From assembly GCA_054661495.1 (NCBI GenBank), contig BAAFSQ010000160.1, positions 1-22,716 of the forward strand: a stretch of 22,716 nt of DNA, written 5' to 3'. Below the pieces are notes generated by a model that ran no database searches, was not told where the DNA came from, and saw only the letters and a list, made by a program, of their open reading frames with translations. The stretch is from Zygophlyctis sp. KS116. Its lineage: Eukaryota > Fungi > Chytridiomycota. Shown here piece by piece: positions 1 to 9,810 of the stretch. Positions within the stretch are counted from its first letter, which is position 1; the number at the start of each line of letters is the position of its first letter. The position numbers and the translations under genes were made by a program.

Positions 1-2
1 CA

Positions 3-74
3 ATTCCTAAATGGTGTTTGGATCTAGAGAATCAAGTAATTGTTTATGAAGATAACGATACCCCAAAACCGTAG
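3..74 (+). CDS. Possible 3' end of an upstream gene (IPKWCLDLENQVIVYEDNDTPKP*)
   Basis: Stop-free frame from the window edge to TAG 72-74; no recognisable family. Confidence 0.3.
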   Translation: MPKWCLDLENQVIVYEDNDTPKP

Positions 75-80
75 TTTGAT

Positions 81-174
81 TCAAATATTTTCAAATACTT
101 TCAAATACTTTTTCTAGTAATATAGGTATTTCTGATAATATAGGTATTGCTAATAATATAGGTATTTCTAATAA
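81..174. repeat. Two adjacent short tandem repeats upstream of RPS10
   Basis: TCAAATAYTT x3 (81-110), then an 18-mer like TTTCTAATAATATAGGTA x3.5 (111-174). Confidence 0.85.
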
Positions 175-270
175 GGTGTTAGAATGTAGGGCAAGTAGGG
201 AAGGGCATCCGAGCAAACAGTCTAAAGGGTTGTCAAGTGGCGTTAGTTTTTTTTACTCGAGTTAAATATA

Positions 271-752
271 ATGTTGATTTCTAAAGAAAACCATAAAACT
301 ATTTGCCGATATCTTTTTCAAGAAGGAGTCTTGGTTGCTAAAAAGGATTATAATGCTCCAAAACATCAGGACTTGGATGTTCCAAATCTTCAAGTGATTA
401 AGGCCATGCAATCCTTTAATTCAAAAGGATATGTCAACACTCGATTCTCTTGGCAGTACTACTACTATTATCTCACGGATGCTGGTATTGAATACCTTCG
501 GGAATACTTGCATTTGCCTCCTGAAATTGTACCTTCTACGTTTATTAAAACTAACAAGTCTGGAACAAGACCAAGTGGTAGATCAGGTAAGAGATTTAAA
601 ATTTAACAATTAAAGAAGATCGTCCTTCCAAACCTAGAGGGGATGGTGAATATAGACGTGCTGCACCAGCTGATGAAAAGAAGGAAGTTGCTTCAGGAGA
701 TTTTAAACCAGAATTCCGTGGTGGAATTGGCCGTGGAGGTCCCAGACAATAA
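271..752 (+). CDS. RPS10: 40S ribosomal protein S10 (eS10), 2 exons
   Basis: [26 protein letters not shown]...[11 protein letters not shown] is the S10/plectin domain. GT-AG intron 587-615 (29 nt) restores the tail ...GEYRRAAP...[16 protein letters not shown]. Confidence 0.97.
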
Positions 753-790
753 AAAAAAGAAATTTTTTTCATTATATTACAAATTTATGA

Positions 791-3764
791 CTAGGAATTT
801 GGGCCAGCAATGTCTAGCGATTCTTCCAATTCACTTGCACTTGTAGTCTGTTGAGGTTCAGGGTCTTCAGTATCCTGTCCAGGATCAGGTTCAGTTTCAG
901 TTTCAGGACTATGAGGAGAGTAAGGTTGGGGTGAGTCATCGAGTTGAGTGTTAGTGCCAGTGTATTGTGCATTTAGAGATTCTACCGTGTCTGATGGAAT
1001 TGGGGACTCTGAAGATTCTAGAGAATGAAGTGGAGATGTTTCTAGTGATTGATAATTTTGTTCTGAAATTTTGGGTTTTTTAAGAGCAGATTTGATACGA
1101 ATTGGTTTTGAGGAGTTTTCATTTTTGAATGCAGTCATTCGTGAATTATACTTTTTCATGGTTTCTTTTTTAAGATCTTCTAAACTCTTGTCCGCTTGAG
1201 ATATAGAGTATCGATATTCTTTTACTTGTGCCTGATACATATGAAGTTCAGCTGACATATGCTTTAATTGGAGATTTTTATCTTTAAGGATAGTTTCAAA
1301 TTCTTGTACTTGCTCCAAAGCTTCTGGGCCAACTTGTTTAGCTAATAATCCTTTTAAATGTAGATATAGCTCTTCTTTTTTACTAATTAAAGACTGTTTT
1401 TCTTCATCATCTTTAGAAAGAGAAATCAATTTTTTTTGTAGACTTTGAAGCATTTGCATGTACTCAAATTCTTGAGGATTAGAGCCTTCCATTTTCCTCC
1501 ATCTATGAACATTCATAGGATGCTTCAATTCTTCTTCTAGAGCTTTTAGCCGTATTTTTTCTTGAGTTAGCTCGGTTTCAACATTTATTAAATGCTGCTT
1601 CAATTCACCCAAGTTTCCAGTTTCTTCTAAAAGAGATCTTTGCTGTTTGCGTAAATTTATGATATCCAAACGAATGTTTCCAATGACTTTGCATTTTTCA
1701 TTATAGTAAATCTCTCCGCGGTTTAATGAAGATTGTAGAGTTTTTATACGATCGTATACTTTGGAAAGCTCTTCATTTTGACGCATAAGCTGTGCTGAAA
1801 GATTATCCCGTTCACTGATTAAAGCATTTAGAGCCTTTTCTTCTCGATTCTTTTCGGTCTCTGCCTCTTTTGCAAATCGAGCTAATTTTGCTCTCTCCGA
1901 GGATTGAGTTCTAATATAAGTCTGAGCTAATTCCTGCTGTGACTTTAGATTTTTGATTTCTTCATGAATCGCCTCGATATCTTTGGTTATTTTAGCTACT
2001 TCTGCAGCTTCCTTATTCAAAGCAATATCTTTTGCATGTATTTCTTCTTTACTTCCATTGATTCCAAAATTCATTATTTTCAGTTTTCTCTTCATTTCAG
2101 CAATTTCAGCTTGAGCTTCTAGTAAATGTTTTGCATGAAGCTTTCTATCGGATAAGACAGATTCATATAAGTTATGTTGATGTTTAATTTTAGTTTCACA
2201 GGCAGATATTTGCTTTTTATAATCATAAAGCATTAATTCCTTTTCTTTAATTATTCCTAGACTTTGGACATATGTCCCTTGTATTTCAATAGCTTCTGTG
2301 ATGAGCTGATCCTTTTCAGCTTGGTAGATATTGATATTTTTAGTGTACTCGTCCACTTCCTGAGTTAATCTAACGATATCCAAGTTCATGTTATGTCGTG
2401 CTTGTTTAAGTATAGAAATTAAGGATGTTTGATGCTGACTATCCCCTACAGCTTTTGTTTGATTATTATTAATTATATCCCTTTCTCTCATCAAGTCATC
2501 AATCTTCTTTTTTTCAGAGTCTACAATTTTCTTGTATTCGTCTACTTTTTTTGTTAAATCTAAACAGCTTTGCCGCAACGTTTTCCTTTCTAATTCAGCA
2601 ATAACTTTTGTTTCTTCCAACTTTCTATTTCTCTTTATTAAGATCTCCTTAATTTTGCCAACTTTCTTAATCTCTGCCCTGTGTGCTGCTAGATCATTCT
2701 CTTTTTCCTTCAACTGCTGAAAAAGCTGCTCATTTTCTTCCGTCAACAGATTAGCTTCTCTATACTGCACTTCATAGTCGTCTTTTAAAGTAGATGTTCT
2801 TGCTTGGAGAGAATCTAATCGGTTAATTTCTACAAAATCTCAGAATACCTTGATCCTTTTTCAACTTTTCCAATAACAATTTCTGATTTTTAATATGTGA
2901 TTCAAAAATCGTAATATCATCTGTTGCTCTATTTACTGCATCTTGTTTATTTCTAACTTCCTGAGATTTTAAAGTGATAACTGCCCTTAATTCACGCAAT
3001 TCATTCTCTAACCGATCCTTATTTCTCTGTTCCGTATCGATTTCTCTCTTTTTAACTGCACTTTTTTCTTTTAGATTGAAAATCTCTGAATCTAAATTCC
3101 TTTTTGACAAATCAGCAAATCTATTTTTTTCAGTCATTTCTGAAATTCTTGATCTTTTGTTTACAATCTTGTCCATTTCCATTTCAATTTCTTTTGCAAG
3201 TGTTTCTTTAGCATTTGTCAAATCCGATAAATTCTTTTCTTGTAAAGCAGAAAGCCCGACGCCTTGTTTAATTGTATTTGTTAAATTTAGTATATCTACT
3301 TTTGCCTGCCTTACTTGATTTCTATAATCATCTTCATTTTTTGTAGACTGCATTGTTGCAAATTCAGCCTCCCTAATTTGTTCCTTTAGAGATAAAATCA
3401 ATTGAGCATCCTCATTTAAACCAACTGTCATTTGTTCTGTTATAGAAACATTTGCTAGAAATTCAGATTCATATTCTTCAAACTGTCCAACCATTTTCTG
3501 AATATGATCTTTGGATCTGCCCAATGCCGAATGCATTTTTTCATATTCGGACAAGAATTTTGTAAATAGCGGATTTCCTTCTACAACAGCAACAGTTTCA
3601 TGAAACTTTCTTTCTGCATCCTCTACTTCTTGATCAAACTTGATCTTTTCTTCCATCATACTCTTATATCTTGCGCTTTTTTCAGTCTCATTATTTTCAG
3701 GAGTAAGTTCTGGTACAATTAAGATCTCCTCCATCTTTCGAGTGATGTCACAGCAACCGGACAT
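791..3764 (-). CDS. CFAP58: Cilia- and flagella-associated protein 58 (CCDC147), 2 exons
   Basis: Long coiled coil with the family motif PMNVHRWRKMEGSNP. Intron 2815-2848 (34 nt) joins the 313-aa and 659-aa ORFs in frame. The start could instead be the ATG at 3734. Confidence 0.88.
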
Positions 3765-3951
3765 TTATTGGCAGAGTGTTTCATTCTCAAGTTTAAACAG
3801 TTTCTCATAGACGCTAATTATAATTAAAAACATTTAGGAAGAGTGGACAATTTATTACACGATAATTTTTAAAATTCAAAAGTAGAAATGGAAAATTTAG
3901 AAATCTCAGGACAAATTTAGGTCAAGATTGCAGGCCAAGGATAAAAAACAA

Positions 3952-4794
3952 ATGGCTGATCATCTTGCGTCGATTTATGGAACTGAGAAAGACAAGGTCA
4001 ATTGCTCATTTTACTTCAAGATTGGTGCTTGCAGACATGGGGATAGATGTTCTCGGAAACATATTCAACCAAATTTCTCTCAAACTGTTTTAATTCCTAA
4101 TGCTTATATAAATCCTGGACATTTGGCCGCTTGTACTCTAACAAAGGCTCAACTAAGGGAAAACTTTGAGATTTTTTATGAGGATATGTGGATCGGATTG
4201 TTTAAATATGGTCAAATCGAGGAAATAAATGTTTGTGATAATGTCGGAGAACATTTGGCTGGAAGTAAGTTTATTATACTCTAAATATTTGATGTGTATG
4301 TAAGATTCAAATATGAAGAAGATGCAGCAAAGGCAGTAGAAGGATTGAATGATCGTTTTTATGATGGTAGTTTAAACAAATCTTATGATAAGGAAGACCT
4401 TTATGGGCAGAATTATCTCCAGTGACTGATTTTGGTGAAGCTTGTTGTCGGCAGTATGAACAATCAGAATGTAATCGTGGTGGTTTTTGTAATTTTATGG
4501 TAATTTTTTTTTTTTTTTTAAAAATTACAGCATGTCAAAACTACAAGTAGGCAATTGAGAAAAGAACTTTATGAAGGTCAATTGCTCTCTCTAAAGATTT
4601 TGAAGCCTAATGGGGATGAAAGATCACAATCACCTCCTCCAAAAAGAGAAAGAAAGAGATCTAGGGAAAGAGATGATAGAAGAGATGTTAGAGATGATAG
4701 AAGAGATGATAAGAGAGGTAGGGACTCTTATGAGCGTAGAGATAGATCAAGGGATAGATACAGAAGAAGAAGTCGTGAGAAAAGTTATCGATAG
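3952..4794 (+). CDS. U2AF1: Splicing factor U2AF small subunit (U2AF35/U2AF23), 4 exons
   Basis: [37 protein letters not shown] (ZnF1), [34 protein letters not shown] (ZnF2) and an RS/RD tail. Introns 4265-4291 (GT-TG), 4367-4392 and 4500-4530. Confidence 0.97.
4265..4291 (+). other. Non-canonical GT-TG intron (27 nt) in U2AF1
   Basis: GGA A|GTAAGTTTATTATACTCTAAATATTTG|AT GTG TAT GTA. Only this excision restores the conserved GNVYV(R/K)F motif; the intron contains an in-frame TAA. Confidence 0.8.
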
Positions 4795-4823
4795 TGTGAC
4801 GTCAGGAGGGGAAAGTTAAAAAT

Positions 4824-7499
4824 ATGGATGTTATTCAGGGAGAATATCAAGTTTCTCGTAAAAAGATTTATAGCCTTTCAATGAAACCAGATGAAAGAGT
4901 CCATAGTCCAGAACCTGAGCTGAATAAGACTCCTTTATCCGCTGCGGAAGTTTCTTTCCAGTTTGATCGCTTTCGGACATTGGTAAGAGAAAAGGATGCA
5001 GATTTAACTAAATTGAAACATGAATTGATCTTACTTAAGCAGGTAAATAAAGGACATCACTGATCCCAGATTGAGCGCAGGCAACAGAAAGATATTGAAT
5101 CGTTCCAGGCTCAGTTTAATGAGGCACCAAAGATTATCAAAAGGTTACAAGGAGAAATAGCTCATCAGAAAGTAAATTTAATCAGTTAATGCTAGAAAAA
5201 ACTTAAACAGTATTTTACGCAGATTGAGAAGGAATCAAAACAAATCGCAAGTCTTGATGAGGACAGGAGAAAGCTCAGAGAACAGAATGAAAAACTGGAA
5301 AACCTTAATAATGAAAAGAGTCTACTGGAAAGATCGCTTCTATCCAAGAAACTTGAAGAGGCACGATCAAAAGCAAAGGAATCTGAAACATGTTTAGAGG
5401 AAGAGAAGAAAAAGTTTGAAGTATCTTCAAGAAATTTGGGAAATGACAATAGACAACTCAGAGGGAAAATCAATTCCATGGAAAAAGAAATATTGATTTT
5501 AAGGGATAGAACCGTGACTTTGGACGACGTAATCAAGGTAAATATAATAGATCAATTATACTTCTCTATATATTCTATGATCAATCTCTAAAATAAAGGA
5601 AAAGGATAAATTGATTGCCTCACTATCAATCTATCGATATAATGCTATACACAGAAAGGTAGAGTCTATTTGTAAGAGTTGTCTTAAAAGAGAAAAGGCT
5701 GCGGCAGAATTGAGGAGGAAGGCGGCAATTTTAGGTACATTTTAACGAAATAATGATCACAGAAAAATTACCTAAAATTTCTTCACCAGTCCTTTCAGTT
5801 GCTTCGAGTACATCAGTAATGGTTACCATAGCAGTTCCACAAAAATCAAAAACCGATTCTGTAGAATATTCTAGACTGACCCTGATATATTCAAGTGACC
5901 CCTCAATGCAAGATAATCATAAAGTATTGATTGATCTTGATGATCACCAAAGTATCTCGAGAAAGGCGACAATTACAGAAAAAGAATTCACGGCTGAAAA
6001 AGAAAATAATGAGAAGACAATTTCTCGAAAAGTCAAAGTCACAAATTTAGAATCTGGGAAATTTTATTTCTTTCAATTATTAGCTGGGTTCCAGGATGTT
6101 GATGGCACACCTACCGAGCTAGAGAGTATATTTGTTGATGGATTGCCAGAGCCACCTCCCAAACCAATAGCAAATATCAATTTTGATAATTCATCTATAA
6201 CAATTTGTTCAGAATTAGGATCAACAACTGGATCTTCTATCCAATCATATAGGCTTTATCATTCTGCTGATTATAAGATGAAAACAAATTTCCTAGTGGA
6301 TGAAGTCTCTGTAAAGGACTTACAATTGGTAGAAGGAAGGATTAAATTTGTATTCACAAATCCGGAATTGCGCCTTTCTCATTTTTTTCATATAACAACT
6401 GTTAATGGAATGGGAGAAAGCGCACCTAGTGAAGTTTCAGAAAAATGTATAATCGGTATATTTTTGATGATTTACTCTAGATTATCCTCCAAATCAACCA
6501 AGTAAGCCCATTATTAAGAAACTTTCTGCTACGGCTCTGCAAATTTCTTCACATGTAAAGCCAAATGGAGGATCTGATGTTGATTTTTTCATTATTGAAG
6601 TCTTGAATTCTAATGATGAATCGAAAAAAGAAATTAAAACTAATGTTGATGTCCTTTATGGCACCCAGTTGGAATATGTAATCGATGGTTTGGAACTAGA
6701 TACTACGTATGAATTTCAAGTGATTGCTCAAAATATCGTAGGACAATCAATTCCTAGTGAAATGAGTGAAAAAATAAGTCTTGGTATATTTTTAATCATA
6801 ATTAATCATGCTAGATGCGCTTGTGCCAATAGCCGAGGCTCCTAAAATTCAACTTGTAAGTACTAATTCAGTCAAAGTAATTTTCCCAAATATATCATCA
6901 ATCAAAAAACCAGTTTTAGAGCAATTCAGAATTTCATGGTCAAATACACCTGATTTAAATAGTGAGATGGCAACAACAGTCACTTGCGCTGTTTCAAATA
7001 CTGCTTTTGTTGTTGAAGATTTACCTGAATGCCAAACGTTTTATTTTGGTATATGCCTGATTGGAGAAAATAGTGGTAATTTTTATTAAATTTACTAAAC
7101 TTAGAGGGATTATTTTGTGAACCGATCCAGATTCATTTAGCATCAGCCATTCCTCTCCCAGAGTCTATAGCATCAACTCCTAGAATAGGCGCCTCTCCTC
7201 TGCCCCCCGTTTCTAGATCTTTATCTAGTCTTAGTCTATCGCAAAGAGCTCAAAATATGCATGACGGAGTTCCAGCCCACTTTCAATCCATGAGCCAGAT
7301 TGATGGAATGACTCCTAAAAATGGATCCCGTCGACAATCGCAAGTTGATCTATTAAAACAGAAATCTCGGGATTTCCATCACTCTGTTGATCAAGTCAAA
7401 ACCAAAACCTCTAAACCATCATCTGGACCGAGTGGACATGTTCCTACTTCTGCTGGTGGCCCAAAAGTCCCTCGTAAAAAAGGACAAAAGATTTTTTAA
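4824..7499 (+). CDS. Lebercilin-like coiled coil plus about 4 fibronectin type III domains, 8 exons
   Basis: N-terminal LKHELILLKQIERRQQKDIESF...EKDKLIASLSIYRYN resembles the lebercilin domain. FN3 motifs include VTNLESGKFYFFQL and IDGLELDTTYEFQVIAQNIVGQS. Introns 5043-5069, 5172-5195, 5538-5598, 5735-5762, 6456-6480, 6784-6814 and 7076-7104 give one open frame. Confidence 0.75.
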
Positions 7500-7566
7500 A
7501 GAGAATAATGGAAAAAACATAATTTATTTGAAAATATAATTACAGTCGCTTTACGTACTACTAGAT

Positions 7567-7598
7567 ATCAGTCTGAAATTACGTAGCTTCGGACTGAT
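7567..7598. repeat. Near-perfect 32-nt inverted repeat
   Basis: ATCAGTCTGAA-ATTACGTAGC-TTCGGACTGAT: 11-bp arms with one G:U pair. Confidence 0.7.
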
Positions 7599-7700
7599 TT
7601 TTCTCATATTTCCTAAAAACTGAGAGATCAGTGGAAATCTGGAATTTTTTTGAAAGAAACAATGTTACATTGTCTAAAAATAGATTAGACATCATATCAG

Positions 7701-7745
7701 GGCTAATTATAGCATGGCTAATTATAGCATGGATAATTATAGAAT
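7701..7745. repeat. 15-mer tandem repeat x3
   Basis: GGCTAATTATAGCAT GGCTAATTATAGCAT GGATAATTATAGAAT. Confidence 0.85.
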
Positions 7746-7785
7746 ATTTAAGAGCAAATGCCGCAATCGATTTCTAAAAAAAACT

Positions 7786-8277
7786 ATGAAACTAACACTT
7801 GGTTTGATCTTCTTCTCCGTACTTGTAGCTGTAAACTCTGTTACTGGAGCTAATCCTAAGTACAATGATGGACCTGTTTACAACCCGAAAGGCAATCCGG
7901 ACCAAGTGATTGTAGAAGAAGATGAATTATGTGACAATTACTATCTCATCTGCAACCCCAGAGTGAAAGGTAGAAAGTATCTTGCTTGTGTTTATGATCG
8001 TCATTTAGAAGGAAGTTACTGTAAAAAAGTTGATGTTTATTATAACCCACCAAAAAAGGAAACAAAACCAACTGCAGAACCAAAAAAGGAAACAAAACCA
8101 ACTCCAGAACCAAAGAATGACGGAACAACAAAACAAACTGATCCCAAGGATGACGGAACAACAAAGGGCACTGGGATCAAACAAAATGTAATGGCAGCTC
8201 TTGTCAACGCTATTGAAAACAAACCGATAGGCAGTCTTCTAAACAATCGGATAGGCAGTCCTCCTGGCGCTGCTTAG
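7786..8277 (+). CDS. Small putative secreted protein with a 4-Cys domain and K/T/P/E repeats
   Basis: Signal-peptide-like MKLTLGLIFFSVLVAVNSVTGA from ATG 7786, four Cys, PKKETKPT(A/P)E x2, PK(N/D)DGTTK x2; no intron needed. Confidence 0.75.
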   Translation: MKLTLGLIFFSVLVAVNSVTGANPKYNDGPVYNPKGNPDQVIVEEDELCDNYYLICNPRVKGRKYLACVYDRHLEGSYCKKVDVYYNPPKKETKPTAEPKKETKPTPEPKNDGTTKQTDPKDDGTTKGTGIKQNVMAALVNAIENKPIGSLLNNRIGSPPGAA

Positions 8278-8374
8278 GCTAATAAAAAAGCCTAAGATAT
8301 AAAGTGATAAATACATTGTTTTTCCTTGATAAATCTCATCAATAAGTAAAGGTCGATATGAGAGAAAGAGAAAT

Positions 8375-8410
8375 TTAAAACCAACATTAAAACCAATATT
8401 AAAACCAAAT
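8375..8410. repeat. 12-mer tandem repeat x3 upstream of MHR1
   Basis: TTAAAACCAACA TTAAAACCAATA TTAAAACCAAAT. Confidence 0.8.
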
Positions 8411-8440
8411 TATAACCTTTTAAAAATCTCAACAAAAAAA

Positions 8441-8935
8441 ATGATCAACAAACTCTTCTTTTATCGACACATCATTAATGGATCAGTGATTCTCTCTAAA
8501 ACCCATACACTTAAAAACCAACATCTCTCCCAAGTTGGTCTTCATAGACCAGGAATTATTATAAGAAGAGATCACTGGACCCAATTTTTAGAATTTGAAT
8601 CTACAGACTCTGATCTCTCTTATTTCCATGATAATTTACTTGTTAATCATAAATACCCATTACCAAAAGTCAGATACCCACTTCCTATGAAATCATTGGT
8701 TTGGACTGTTCCTGAAAAAGTAGAATTTACTATAAACAAATTAAATACTCTTTTACAAAATCATCCAATTTCTAGTGGTAAAATGCTTTGGGAGAGACTT
8801 GAATATCAAAAATCGGACACTTTAACATGGCCTGGAACGATATCTCATGATAAATTACAACTAAAGAATTCAATTCCAGACTCTAAACCGGAAAAAGTAA
8901 AGACTTTTATTGCAAAGACTAGACTAGAATATTAA
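8441..8935 (+). CDS. MHR1: Mitochondrial Mhr1 / large ribosomal subunit protein mL67-like
   Basis: LFFYRHIINGSVILS...LSQV...IRRDHWTQFLEF matches the fungal Mhr1 N-terminal pattern as I recall it (FRN..T.QV.YS...LRKD.W). Confidence 0.65.
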   Translation: MINKLFFYRHIINGSVILSKTHTLKNQHLSQVGLHRPGIIIRRDHWTQFLEFESTDSDLSYFHDNLLVNHKYPLPKVRYPLPMKSLVWTVPEKVEFTINKLNTLLQNHPISSGKMLWERLEYQKSDTLTWPGTISHDKLQLKNSIPDSKPEKVKTFIAKTRLEY

Positions 8936-9202
8936 ACAAACGTTTCCTTGACATTGTTTGGTCGCTCTTTCCAATTTCTATTGATTGAAATCAATTTTAA
9001 ATTTTTATTTTGAGGAGTAGAAAGCCAAGGGAATGGATTTTCATCCTTTTTAAGAATCACATGCGGATCATTTCTTAGAATTCTCTAATTTTTAAAATTA
9101 ATAAATTACTGTTGCTAAAGAGAGTCCTCCGACGGTTGCTAGAGTTACACATCCTAATAGTATTCCAATATAAGGTTTCTTCAATCCCTGGATCATTGCC
9201 AT
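8932..9202 (-). CDS. NDUFA4/MLRQ/B12D-family mitochondrial membrane microprotein, 2 exons (absent from the ORF track)
   Basis: MAMIQGLKKPYIGILLGCVTLATVGGLSLAT|RILRNDPHVILKKDENPFPWLSTPQNKNLKLISIN...ETFV*. One TM helix followed by the DP.V....NP.PW motif; intron 9085-9109 (25 nt). Confidence 0.8.
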
Positions 9203-9810
9203 TTTACAAGTTTTTCTTACTAAAACACGAGACTCTGAATGAGTTTAAATTCCGTGGACTGACTCATCTGATGATGAGCTTTGACAATTTGTGAGAATTT
9301 TACTCTTTCCTGTTGCTGAATGACCTAAAATTACCCAAAATTAACCTCTATTTACCTAAATTTTACAGCTGTCGTAGCTGATCAGTTGTTGCGGCTGCTG
9401 CTTGCGCTTAATACGCTAAAAAGCAGTGCTGATCTTGCGCTTCACAAGTGTTGTATGGTAAGGTTTCTACTCTTTGGATAAATTGCAAGGAAACCTGCAG
9501 GGACTATTTAATAAAAATTATGGGATTTAAAGGGATCTTTAAGGTTTGGAATTTTTATTTTGTACATTTATGTGAAACTTTTTCAACTTTTTATTCCCAC
9601 TTGCATGAGATATTTATTAGTCCATTTTGTATTGTAATTTTCCATGGTTTCTGAAATTAGAAACCTTTAATTTCATCCTGTACCGTTACTAGGAGTAACA
9701 ACAGTCTGGCTCTAATTTTCAAATTTTTCTTGTTGACATGTCCGAAAGTCTCAAAGAAAATTATACTCTCATAAATAAATCATAAGTTTATAAACTTTAT
9801 TCCAAGATTC

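Noticed and set aside
81-174. CRISPR-like array
   Set aside because: Head-to-tail repeats with no unique spacers, in a eukaryotic context with no cas genes.
189-229. G-quadruplex upstream of RPS10
   Set aside because: Four GGG tracts are present but the last loop is about 21 nt; weak candidate.
4282-4284. Stop-codon readthrough or an alternative genetic code as the explanation for the U2AF1 break
   Set aside because: It would insert 9 aa into the conserved GNVYV motif; the segment has donor and branch signals; TAA, TAG and TGA all act as stops elsewhere in the window.
9255-9300. Hammerhead ribozyme (CTGATGA core)
   Set aside because: No stem II followed by GAAA and no three-way junction is visible.
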